Assembly (NCBI GenBank): GCA_044376115.1
Contig: JBILLK010000042.1
Location: 1-58,619 of the forward strand
Source: Polyangiaceae bacterium
Lineage (GTDB): Bacteria; Myxococcota_A; Polyangia; Polyangiales; Polyangiaceae
Direction of reading: 5' to 3'
Length of the DNA stretch: 58,619 nt
Shown: positions 19,963 to 27,655 of the stretch, one piece after another
How the letters are laid out: every line of letters begins with the position of its first letter
Numbering within the stretch: position 1 is the first letter of the stretch
Position numbers and translations under genes: made by a program
The notes under the pieces: model-generated
Told to the model about the DNA's origin: nothing
Seen by the model: only the letters and a program-made list of their open reading frames with translations
Databases searched by the model: none

Positions 19963-20352
19963 ATGCCGAAAATGGTGGTGGATGGAGCCAAGTTGCGTTG
20001 CTCGATGGGCTCGCTGCCGTCGATCCTCGTGGTGACCGATGATTCGCCGCTGAGCTCCGATGACAAGCCGGTGGCAACCGTGAAGGACCACACACCGAAG
20101 CGGCATCTGATCACCTTCGGAATGTGCCGCTCGCAGAGCAACCCGCAGGTGGCCTCGGCTACCGCGGCAGCGCTCGGGGTGCCCACGCCGCAGCCGTGTA
20201 TCCCCGCCACCAACGAGGATTGGACGCCGGGCGCACCCATGGCTGTGTCGAATGACGTGAAGATCCTCACCAGCGACTCGACCTGTAAATGTGATTGGTC
20301 CGGGGTGATCGACATCCTCGATCCGAACAACGACACCGAGATCGTCTTGTGA
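19963..20352 (+). CDS. DUF4280 (PAAR-like) protein
   Basis: VVDGAKLRCSMG, FGMCRSQSNPQVASAT, PCIP..W.PG, CKCDWSGVIDI. Confidence 0.88.
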   Translation: MPKMVVDGAKLRCSMGSLPSILVVTDDSPLSSDDKPVATVKDHTPKRHLITFGMCRSQSNPQVASATAAALGVPTPQPCIPATNEDWTPGAPMAVSNDVKILTSDSTCKCDWSGVIDILDPNNDTEIVL

Positions 20353-20399
20353 CCGCGGTGCGGTCGGTGGTGCCAGCGGGCACCGTTTTCGCGCGAGCG

Positions 20400-21371
20400 A
20401 TGGCATTGAGCCTGCAGCTCGCGAGCTTGCTGCTCGCGGCCTCGTGCGACGCCGAACGGGCCAGGCTCGCGCCCTCAGCGACCGCGAACGATGCGAAGTC
20501 GGCTGCGCCTGGAGCGTCGGCGCGGGCGCAGTTCTCGGCCCACGTCTTTCCCGAACAGAAGCGCGTGGTCGCCTTTGGCGATGTGCACGGCGATCTGGAG
20601 GCGACCAAACGCGCGCTGAAGGTCGGCGGGGCGATCGACGACGCTGGTCATTGGAACGGCGGGGATCTGTTCGTGGTGCAGGTCGGTGACCAGCTCGACC
20701 GCGGCGACGATGACCGCGCGATCCTCGACTACTTCGAGCAGCTGCGTGATGAGGCCAGCAAGGCTGGAGGGACGTTCCTTGCGCTGAACGGCAATCACGA
20801 GCTGATGAACGTCAGCTTTGATTTTCGTTACACCACCGAGGGTGCCAATCGAGCCTTCGAGGACGTCGCGGTCCCCTCCGAACTCGCTTCTCACCCGGCG
20901 GCCACGCGCGGCCGCGCTGCGGCCTTTGCGCCGGGCGGTCTTTACGCGCAGAAGCTCGCTAAACAGCCGCTTTATGCGGTGGTCGGAGGCAGCGTCTTTG
21001 CGCACGGTGGCATCCTCAAGAAGCACCTCGACTACGGCCTCGACAAGATGGACGCCGAGGTTCGGGATTGGCTGCTGGGCAAGCGCCCCGAAGGCCCACC
21101 CGTCGTGCTCGCAGAGGACGGCGTGGTGTGGACGCGAGCGTTCAGCGCGCAGACGGGCGACTCCGATTGCGCCGCCTTATCCGAGGTGCTGAAGCTGATG
21201 CAGGCGCAGCGTTTGGTGATGGGCCACACGCCGCAGCGCGCCGGGGTCTCGCTCGCTTGCGATGGCAAGGCGGTACGCATCGATACCGGCCTCGCTCGGT
21301 ATTACCAAGGGCCGATCGAGGTGATCGAGATCGTCAACGACGAAGCCAAGGTGCTGCGCGAGAAGCCCTGA
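20400..21371 (+). CDS. Exported calcineurin-like metallophosphoesterase (Shewanella-like phosphatase type)
   Basis: GDVHGD, GDQLDRG, GNHE, HGG, MGHTPQ, IDTG; lipoprotein-like N-terminus; start uncertain (20349 or 20400). Confidence 0.88.
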   Translation: MALSLQLASLLLAASCDAERARLAPSATANDAKSAAPGASARAQFSAHVFPEQKRVVAFGDVHGDLEATKRALKVGGAIDDAGHWNGGDLFVVQVGDQLDRGDDDRAILDYFEQLRDEASKAGGTFLALNGNHELMNVSFDFRYTTEGANRAFEDVAVPSELASHPAATRGRAAAFAPGGLYAQKLAKQPLYAVVGGSVFAHGGILKKHLDYGLDKMDAEVRDWLLGKRPEGPPVVLAEDGVVWTRAFSAQTGDSDCAALSEVLKLMQAQRLVMGHTPQRAGVSLACDGKAVRIDTGLARYYQGPIEVIEIVNDEAKVLREKP

Positions 21372-21411
21372 CGGGTTGACTTCGCAGCCCCCTGGCGCAA
21401 TGAAGAGCGCC

Positions 21412-21750
21412 ATGAAGGCGCAATTCGATTCCAACGTTCAGCGCGTGGTTCTGGCTGCCGTGGCCGGTCTCTCCAGCTTGGCCGCCTGCGGCGACAAGAC
21501 CACCGCTTCGGCCTCAGCCGACGCCCGCAGCTCCAGCTCGGCGAAGACGGCTGCGGGCTCTGCAGCCGCGAGCGGCGCTGGGGCAAGCACCGCGACTCCC
21601 GCCGGAAGCGCCGCGGACGCGAAGCCCTGTTGTGCCGGTAAGAACGAGTGCAAAGGCAAAGGCGGCTGCAAGACCGCGGACCACTCCTGTTCGGGCAAAA
21701 ACGAGTGCAAGGGCAAGGGCGGTTGCATGCACCGCGATTGCAAAGGCTGA
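21412..21750 (+). CDS. Small Cys-rich lipoprotein, bufferin precursor (BufA2)-like
   Basis: Lipobox LAAC, Ala/Ser linker, duplicated C.GKNECKGKGGC motif. Confidence 0.7.
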   Translation: MKAQFDSNVQRVVLAAVAGLSSLAACGDKTTASASADARSSSSAKTAAGSAAASGAGASTATPAGSAADAKPCCAGKNECKGKGGCKTADHSCSGKNECKGKGGCMHRDCKG

Positions 21751-21787
21751 GCACGAACGTCGTCACGACTGCCGCTTTTGCACCGGC

Positions 21788-22732
21788 TCAGAACAGCAGC
21801 TGCCCACGCCAAAGTGCAGCCTTCTGAGCCTCGCTCGTCCCGCTCAAAAAGATCCCGATTGTGCCGCCCACCAAGCCGATCGCACCCACGCCGATGGCGA
21901 CGTTGACCACTGCGGCGCGCACGTCGAGCTCGGACTGAAGCTCGGTTTGGCGAGCGGCACAGGAAGCAGGTGAGCCTGGCGCTGTGCACTCTTCCTCGTA
22001 GCTGGAGAGCTCGCTGTTCGCGCTGAGCCCGACGCCGAGCGCCACGGCAACGCCGAGCACCGCGACCGACCCTCCGATCGGGACCCACGGTGAAAGCTCG
22101 AATTCGCCCTCGGGCGGTAACTCTTGCAGCGGCGGCTTTACTGGCGGCTTGATCGGCGCAGCAGGATTTGCTTCCAACTTGATCGGCAGCTCGATCGCTC
22201 CGCCGCGATCGACGATCTTCTGCAGACGCACCGACTTGTGGCCGGGTGCTTCCACCTCGATGATCACCTCGCCCGCCGAGACCACGTAGCGCTGACCGAG
22301 CAGAGCGTTGGGCACCGGCTGACCAGCGATGCGCACCGAGACTCCGCTCGGTGGTTCGTTCAGTTTGACGATCACGTAGCCGACCATGCCGCGCGCTTCG
22401 TTGAGGATGGCCTCACAAGCCGCGCCGTGATCGCTGGCGCCGCTCTCCGCCGCCTCTCGTTTGCAGACCTCGGCGTTGCCGAGCGCACGCGCAGGTAAGC
22501 CGAGCGTCATCTGCTCTTCGGCGACGAAGCGCCGCAACGAGGCGCTGCTCTGTAAACCGAGGGCGAGCTCGGCTTGGTTGAGGGCTCGTTGGTGATCGCC
22601 CTCGGCGCGAGCGCGCTGCGCCTCCTCAATCAGCGCGCGTCGTGCGGCCACTTGCTCCGGTGCGATATCGGCAAGGGCCAGGCCACTTGGAATGAGGGCC
22701 GTGAGAACCAGGCCGAGCGTCAACAGCTTCAA
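21788..22732 (-). CDS. Secreted TPR-like/PEGA-like protein
   Basis: Signal peptide, helical N-terminus, PEGA-like beta domain, C-terminal hydrophobic segments; 9 bp downstream of the kinase gene. Confidence 0.72.
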   Translation of the reverse strand: MKLLTLGLVLTALIPSGLALADIAPEQVAARRALIEEAQRARAEGDHQRALNQAELALGLQSSASLRRFVAEEQMTLGLPARALGNAEVCKREAAESGASDHGAACEAILNEARGMVGYVIVKLNEPPSGVSVRIAGQPVPNALLGQRYVVSAGEVIIEVEAPGHKSVRLQKIVDRGGAIELPIKLEANPAAPIKPPVKPPLQELPPEGEFELSPWVPIGGSVAVLGVAVALGVGLSANSELSSYEEECTAPGSPASCAARQTELQSELDVRAAVVNVAIGVGAIGLVGGTIGIFLSGTSEAQKAALWRGQLLF

Positions 22733-22741
22733 GCTTCCTCC

Positions 22742-24244
22742 TCAGTCGATGGTGTAGCCCGTGGTGGGCTTGGTGGTGGGTACGGGGGCCGGCGTCGACG
22801 TGGCCGTTGCCGTTACCGAAGGCGTTGCAGGGCGCTTGGGCTTTTCCGCTTTGGCGCTCGCGGTCGCGGTCGCCACCGGCTCGGGCGCAGTGCTGCGCGC
22901 GCTCGCGGTGGCCGTTGCAATGGCTGTGGGAGCTGGTCCAACACCGACCTGCGGTTCCGCCACCGAGGGCGTGCGGGGCAGCGTTTCCACGGGTTGGCCT
23001 GCCGGCCCTTCAGCACCAGCGGCTCCAACGCCAGTGCTCGGAGGCGCGCTGGGGGCTCGCCCTAATGCGATGTAGCCAACCGCAGCGACAACTGCGACGG
23101 CGGCCAGGGCTGCGGCGCGCCAGCGGCCTCCGCGCGCTACGCTTGGTTGGCTGTCATACTCAGCGGCGGCCAACGATAACCGCTCAGACGGCGGAATCAG
23201 CTCGGTGCCCGAGTTGCCCTTCACTTGCGTGGAGGCCGAAGCGACGAGCACCGTGGCGTTCGGCGGCTCGCTTTGCTCCGGGCTGCTCGCCTGTGGCTCG
23301 TTCGCTGCGGCCTCAGCGACGCCGCCGGAGAATGCATCGCTCCACATGCCGCGAGCCACCGTGCTCGCGAAGGGGAGCAGCGCCGCCCCCAGCTCGAGCA
23401 CCGAGTCGAAGCGCTCCGACGGGAGCCTGGCCATCGCCTTCAGGATGATGCGCTCGATCGCCGGATCGATGTTGGGCACTCGCTCGCTCGGAGCAGGGAA
23501 GGTCCCGGCCAAAACGCGTTCGAGCAGCTCGAAGGTGGAGGCGCCCGCGAACTCGAAGGCATCGAAGCCGGTGATGGCGCGATAGAGCACGGCTCCCATC
23601 GCGTATTGGTCGGCGAGGCCGGTGGCATCTTTGCTGCGCCGTACTTGTTCGGGCGCCATGTATTGCGGCGTGCCGAAGACGTCGCTCGTGCCCGTGAGCG
23701 CACCGCCCTCGTCGTCGGAGGGTTTGGCGATGCCGAAGTCGAGCAACTTCGGATGAAAGCCGCCGTGCGGAGCTTTGCCCAGAAAGATGTTGGAGGGCTT
23801 GATATCGCGGTGAACCAGGCCCGCGCGGTGAGCGGCGTCCAGCGCCGAGAGAATCGGAAGCAGAATGTCCACCGCTTGCGCGATGGGCAGCGCGCCCCGT
23901 TGGTCGAGCAGCACCTCGAAGTCGGTGCCGGCCAGAAACTCCATCACCAAGTAGGGCGCGCCCTCGTGCGTTCCGACGTCCGAAACGCTCACCACGTGCG
24001 GGTGATCGAGCTTGGCTGCTACCCGCCCTTCACGCAGAAATCGGCTCAGAAAAAGCTGGTTCTTGGCGAGCTTCTCGCGCAGCACCTTGAGCGCAACACG
24101 CTTACCGAGCTCGACGTGGACGGCTTCATACACGCTGCCCATGCCGCCGGAGCCCAAGCGACGAACGATGTTGTAGCGGCCGAACGATGCTCCAGGAGGA
24201 ACCGAGTGCAGATTGCTTAGCGGTTCTGCGTCAGGATCGGACAT
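22742..24244 (-). CDS. Membrane Ser/Thr protein kinase
   Basis: LGSGGMGSVY, VALK, HRDIKPSN, DFG, GTPQYMAPE; TM plus Pro/Thr-rich tail. Confidence 0.94.
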   Translation of the reverse strand: MSDPDAEPLSNLHSVPPGASFGRYNIVRRLGSGGMGSVYEAVHVELGKRVALKVLREKLAKNQLFLSRFLREGRVAAKLDHPHVVSVSDVGTHEGAPYLVMEFLAGTDFEVLLDQRGALPIAQAVDILLPILSALDAAHRAGLVHRDIKPSNIFLGKAPHGGFHPKLLDFGIAKPSDDEGGALTGTSDVFGTPQYMAPEQVRRSKDATGLADQYAMGAVLYRAITGFDAFEFAGASTFELLERVLAGTFPAPSERVPNIDPAIERIILKAMARLPSERFDSVLELGAALLPFASTVARGMWSDAFSGGVAEAAANEPQASSPEQSEPPNATVLVASASTQVKGNSGTELIPPSERLSLAAAEYDSQPSVARGGRWRAAALAAVAVVAAVGYIALGRAPSAPPSTGVGAAGAEGPAGQPVETLPRTPSVAEPQVGVGPAPTAIATATASARSTAPEPVATATASAKAEKPKRPATPSVTATATSTPAPVPTTKPTTGYTID

Positions 24245-24413
24245 GGCGTCTCATCAGGCTACGGCTGCCTTACGAGGTTGCGATGTCAGCCCGACCTCAG
24301 CTCAGGTTGCAGGACTGCGACCTGAGGAGCCCCGCTGGTTCACAAGTGCAACGACGCTTTTGCTACAGCTGGCCAAACGAGCCTGTCTTGCCGTGCTTTT
24401 GATAGCGGCGCGA

Positions 24414-24430
24414 CTGGAACGGGCGTTGCA
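24414..24430 (+). promoter_or_regulatory. Putative sigma54 promoter of the kinase at 24442
   Basis: CTGGAACGGGCGTTGCA; GG and GC at -24/-12 spacing, close to YTGGCACG-N4-TTGCW. Confidence 0.6.
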
Positions 24431-24441
24431 CCCACGCGAGC

Positions 24442-25830
24442 ATGCCCAGCCCCGCCGAACACCGTCTACGGGCGCGCAACCACGAGACGGTGATGGCTGG
24501 GGACAAGGTAGGAGTCGCCATCTCGGGCTTCGGTCACGTCGAAGACGGCACCTTGCTCGACTTGATCGGGTCGGTGCAGCTCGGCTCCTTCCGCATCTTG
24601 CGCCGGCTAGGGGTCGGCGGCTTTGCGACCGCCTTCCTCGCCGAACAGGTCGGAGTGGAGCGGCTCGCGGTCGTGAAGGTCGGGGACCCACGGGTATTCG
24701 CGGAGGACGCCGGCTCCGAGGTTCGGGCGCGTTTCGAGGAGGAGGTGCTCGCAACGACGCGTGTGACCCACCCCAACTTGGTGACCGTCTACGTGGCCGG
24801 CAGCACCACCAACGGCCTGCCTGCGTACGCGATGGAGTACGTGCCGGGCTTCACCATGGAGCGCCGCATGCAGCATTGCTCGGCGCTGCCTTCGCCCGAG
24901 CTATTGGCCTATTTTTCACAGCTCGCTGACGTCATCCGCGTGTTGCATCGTGCTGGCATTCATCATCGCGATGTCTCACCGGGCAACGTGATCGTTTCGG
25001 CCGACAGCGACGGAGCACCGAAGGCCACCTTGTTGGATCTCGGTATCTCGCGCAGTCGTGGCTCGGCCTCGCCGGTATTTGTCGCCGGCACCCCGCGCTA
25101 TGTAGCTCCCGAGCAGCTGCGCGGTGAAACCACGACGGCCTCCGATATCTTCGGTCTCGGTAGTTTGCTCTATTGGTGCGTCACCGGCGCCGAGCTGTTT
25201 TGGGATGCAGCCTCCTCCAGGGAGGTGCTCGAGCGTACGTTGGCGATGACCAAGGCTCCGCTGCCTTCAGCGGCGCGCCCGATCTTGCCCAACGAAGTCG
25301 ACGCGCTGGTCTCGCAGATGCTCGACCCGAATCCACGCCAACGTCCGACCGCCGAGGAGGTGCTGGCGCGCTTGCCTAAGGCGGTTCGTGCGCTCGAGCG
25401 ATCCGCGACCAAAGCCACGGTGCGCGCCTTTCGAGCGGTGCGAGCCGAAGAACAGGAGAAGCCGCCGACCATTCTGTGCATCGGGCTTGGCGAGCAGCAG
25501 CTCGAATCGGTGCGGAAGCACGCCGCCGCGACCGGCTGGCAGCTCGAGGTGAGTCAATCGGCTCGCGATGCAACGCGCGCGAGCGACGGCCAATACAAGC
25601 TGGTCATGCTCAACGCCGAGCTACCTTCCCCGAGCGTTCCTTCACTGGTCGCGCACCTGCGCGAGTTCCAACCGAAGTCGGCGATCGCGGTGGTGTTCGC
25701 GCGCAGACCTCAGGCGGGCGTTCCGGAGACGGCCACGCCGGATCTCGCGCTCGAGCTGCCCAAAGACGGCCTATCGCTCTTTTGGTTCTTGCGCGCTCTG
25801 CAGCCCGACGGCGAGAGCGACGACGAATAG
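24442..25830 (+). CDS. Cytoplasmic Ser/Thr kinase with a C-terminal receiver-like domain
   Basis: LGVGGFA, HRDVSPGN, DLG, GTPRYVAPE; C-terminal TILCIG...YKLVMLNAELP...AIAVVF. Confidence 0.88.
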   Translation: MPSPAEHRLRARNHETVMAGDKVGVAISGFGHVEDGTLLDLIGSVQLGSFRILRRLGVGGFATAFLAEQVGVERLAVVKVGDPRVFAEDAGSEVRARFEEEVLATTRVTHPNLVTVYVAGSTTNGLPAYAMEYVPGFTMERRMQHCSALPSPELLAYFSQLADVIRVLHRAGIHHRDVSPGNVIVSADSDGAPKATLLDLGISRSRGSASPVFVAGTPRYVAPEQLRGETTTASDIFGLGSLLYWCVTGAELFWDAASSREVLERTLAMTKAPLPSAARPILPNEVDALVSQMLDPNPRQRPTAEEVLARLPKAVRALERSATKATVRAFRAVRAEEQEKPPTILCIGLGEQQLESVRKHAAATGWQLEVSQSARDATRASDGQYKLVMLNAELPSPSVPSLVAHLREFQPKSAIAVVFARRPQAGVPETATPDLALELPKDGLSLFWFLRALQPDGESDDE

Positions 25831-25852
25831 CCGTTGAGCGACGAGGCCACGC

Positions 25853-27091
25853 TCAGGCGGCGACCGACGATACGGCTCGCGGTAGCCTCACCAGCGCCGC
25901 GAGCGATACCACCGCTGCTGCGCCGAGCGCGATTGCGACGGCCCAACCAAAGCTGCTCGCGATGCTGAGGCTGAGCGCGATCAGCGCCAAGAGCCGCACA
26001 GTCTCGAGCGGCGTGGCCCAGCGCTTTCGCTCGAGCAAGCCAGACCAGCTACCGAGCGCAGCCAGCACGACGCCGCCCGCCGCGAGCACGACGGCGGTTG
26101 GCAGGGTGGTCTTGAACCACAAGAGCGCGAACACCACGAAGGCCACGATCAGAAACTGCCCCGCGATGTAGCCGAAGATCCGGCGGTCCTCCGGCACGTC
26201 GTACTTCTGGCGCGTCGCGCGATCCACCTCGGGCACGACCACCGGGCCGCCGAGATCGGCCGGGCGCCACTCCGGAGGCTTGACCCAAACCAGCAGTTTG
26301 TCGCTGAGCCGCGCCGTCTGCTGGCTCATCTTCACCAGCGCCGCGAAGCCTTCGACATTGGCCCAAAAGGGATTGAAGCTGGCGAGCGGCTTCACCGTGC
26401 CGTAGCTCGGTTCGCTGCGCTCTGGGGTGAAGGTGCCGAACAGGCGGTCCCAAATGATGAATACGCCAGCGTAGTTTTTATCGATGTATTGCGGATCGAT
26501 CCCGTGATGCACGCGGTGATGGGAGGGCGTGTTGAAGACCCATTCGAACGCGCCAAGTTTGTCGATCAGCCGGGTGTGGATCCAAAATTGGTAGAGGATG
26601 TTGAGCGTGATGCAGAGCACGAACATCATCGGTGGGATGCCGATGACGGCGAGCGGGACGTAGAAGAGCCACGAGGTCAGGTTGGTGAACCAGCTCTGCC
26701 GCAGCGCAGTGGAGAGGTTGTACTCCTCGCTCGAGTGGTGAACCACGTGCATGGCCCAGAAGAAGTTCACGCGGTGACTGGCCCAGTGGTAGGCGAAGTA
26801 CGCTAGATCCACGAGCACGAAGGCACCGACCCAGGCGAGCACGCTCTTCTCGTCGAAGGGCAGGAAGGCGGTGCGCTCGTAGACCAGGCCGTACATGATC
26901 ACGGTCACGACGCTGAAGGCGAGCACCTGCAAGACCTGCTGACCGATGCCCGAACTCAGGCTGCCGATCGAATCGGCGAAGCGATACACCGGCTCCTGAC
27001 CTCGCTTGCGTCGGCCACGGTCAAACAACAGCTCGATCGCGATCAGCAGGAAGAAAAACGGTATCGCAAGAGCTATCGCCCGCCCATCCAT
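25853..27091 (-). CDS. Fatty-acid hydroxylase/sterol desaturase family, alkylglycerol-monooxygenase-like
   Basis: His boxes HWASH, HVVHH, HRVHH; HHSSEEYNLSTALRQ; DKNYAGVFIIWDRLFGTF. Confidence 0.9.
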   Translation of the reverse strand: MDGRAIALAIPFFFLLIAIELLFDRGRRKRGQEPVYRFADSIGSLSSGIGQQVLQVLAFSVVTVIMYGLVYERTAFLPFDEKSVLAWVGAFVLVDLAYFAYHWASHRVNFFWAMHVVHHSSEEYNLSTALRQSWFTNLTSWLFYVPLAVIGIPPMMFVLCITLNILYQFWIHTRLIDKLGAFEWVFNTPSHHRVHHGIDPQYIDKNYAGVFIIWDRLFGTFTPERSEPSYGTVKPLASFNPFWANVEGFAALVKMSQQTARLSDKLLVWVKPPEWRPADLGGPVVVPEVDRATRQKYDVPEDRRIFGYIAGQFLIVAFVVFALLWFKTTLPTAVVLAAGGVVLAALGSWSGLLERKRWATPLETVRLLALIALSLSIASSFGWAVAIALGAAAVVSLAALVRLPRAVSSVAA

Positions 27092-27133
27092 ACGCCAAGC
27101 CTAGTCGGCTCGGAACGACGCGGCCACAAACGC

Positions 27134-27162
27134 CAAAGAGCGGGAGAATCTCCCGCTCTTTG
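27134..27162 (-). terminator. Intrinsic terminator-like hairpin after the lipoprotein gene
   Basis: CAAAGAGCGGGAGA-A-TCTCCCGCTCTTTG perfect inverted repeat. Confidence 0.8.
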
Positions 27163-27206
27163 CTTCAGCCGATTGCACCCGATGAGTGCGGCCGATGGGT
27201 CCTCGT

Positions 27207-27614
27207 TCAGGACTTCTTGAAGATCAGCTTTCCGCCCTTGGAGTCACCGGTGTCGCACTCGAGGTTGCCCGAGGCGAGCTTGCACTTCACGTCTTTGCCG
27301 TCGTTGGAGAGGGTGATGGTGTCACCCTCTTTGGCCCACTTGCCAGCCTTGGTGTCTTCCTTGGCCGGCTTGTCCTCGGACAGCTTCATCGAGCTCTTCA
27401 TCTCGGTTACGCCGTCCTTCTTGAGCTCAAGCGTGACGTCCATCGCATCGAGCATGGCAGCGCCGAACTTGGCAGCGTCCTTGTCCTTGGTGTCTGCCTC
27501 CATCGCCTTCTTCATCGCTTCCTTATCGAGCTTGTAGGTCCCTTCAGGACCGCCACAAGCGACGAGAGCGAGAGCGAAAACCGATGCGAGCGGAGCGAGC
27601 TTGATGAGCTTCAT
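27207..27614 (-). CDS. Small lipoprotein (lipocalin-like beta fold suspected)
   Basis: MKLIKL...ALVAC lipobox; GAGG RBS; GTYKLD and GKWAKEGDTITL. Confidence 0.8.
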   Translation of the reverse strand: MKLIKLAPLASVFALALVACGGPEGTYKLDKEAMKKAMEADTKDKDAAKFGAAMLDAMDVTLELKKDGVTEMKSSMKLSEDKPAKEDTKAGKWAKEGDTITLSNDGKDVKCKLASGNLECDTGDSKGGKLIFKKS

Positions 27615-27655
27615 AGTGACCTCGAGTGGTTGATGCGGACGCCCCATCTACGGAG

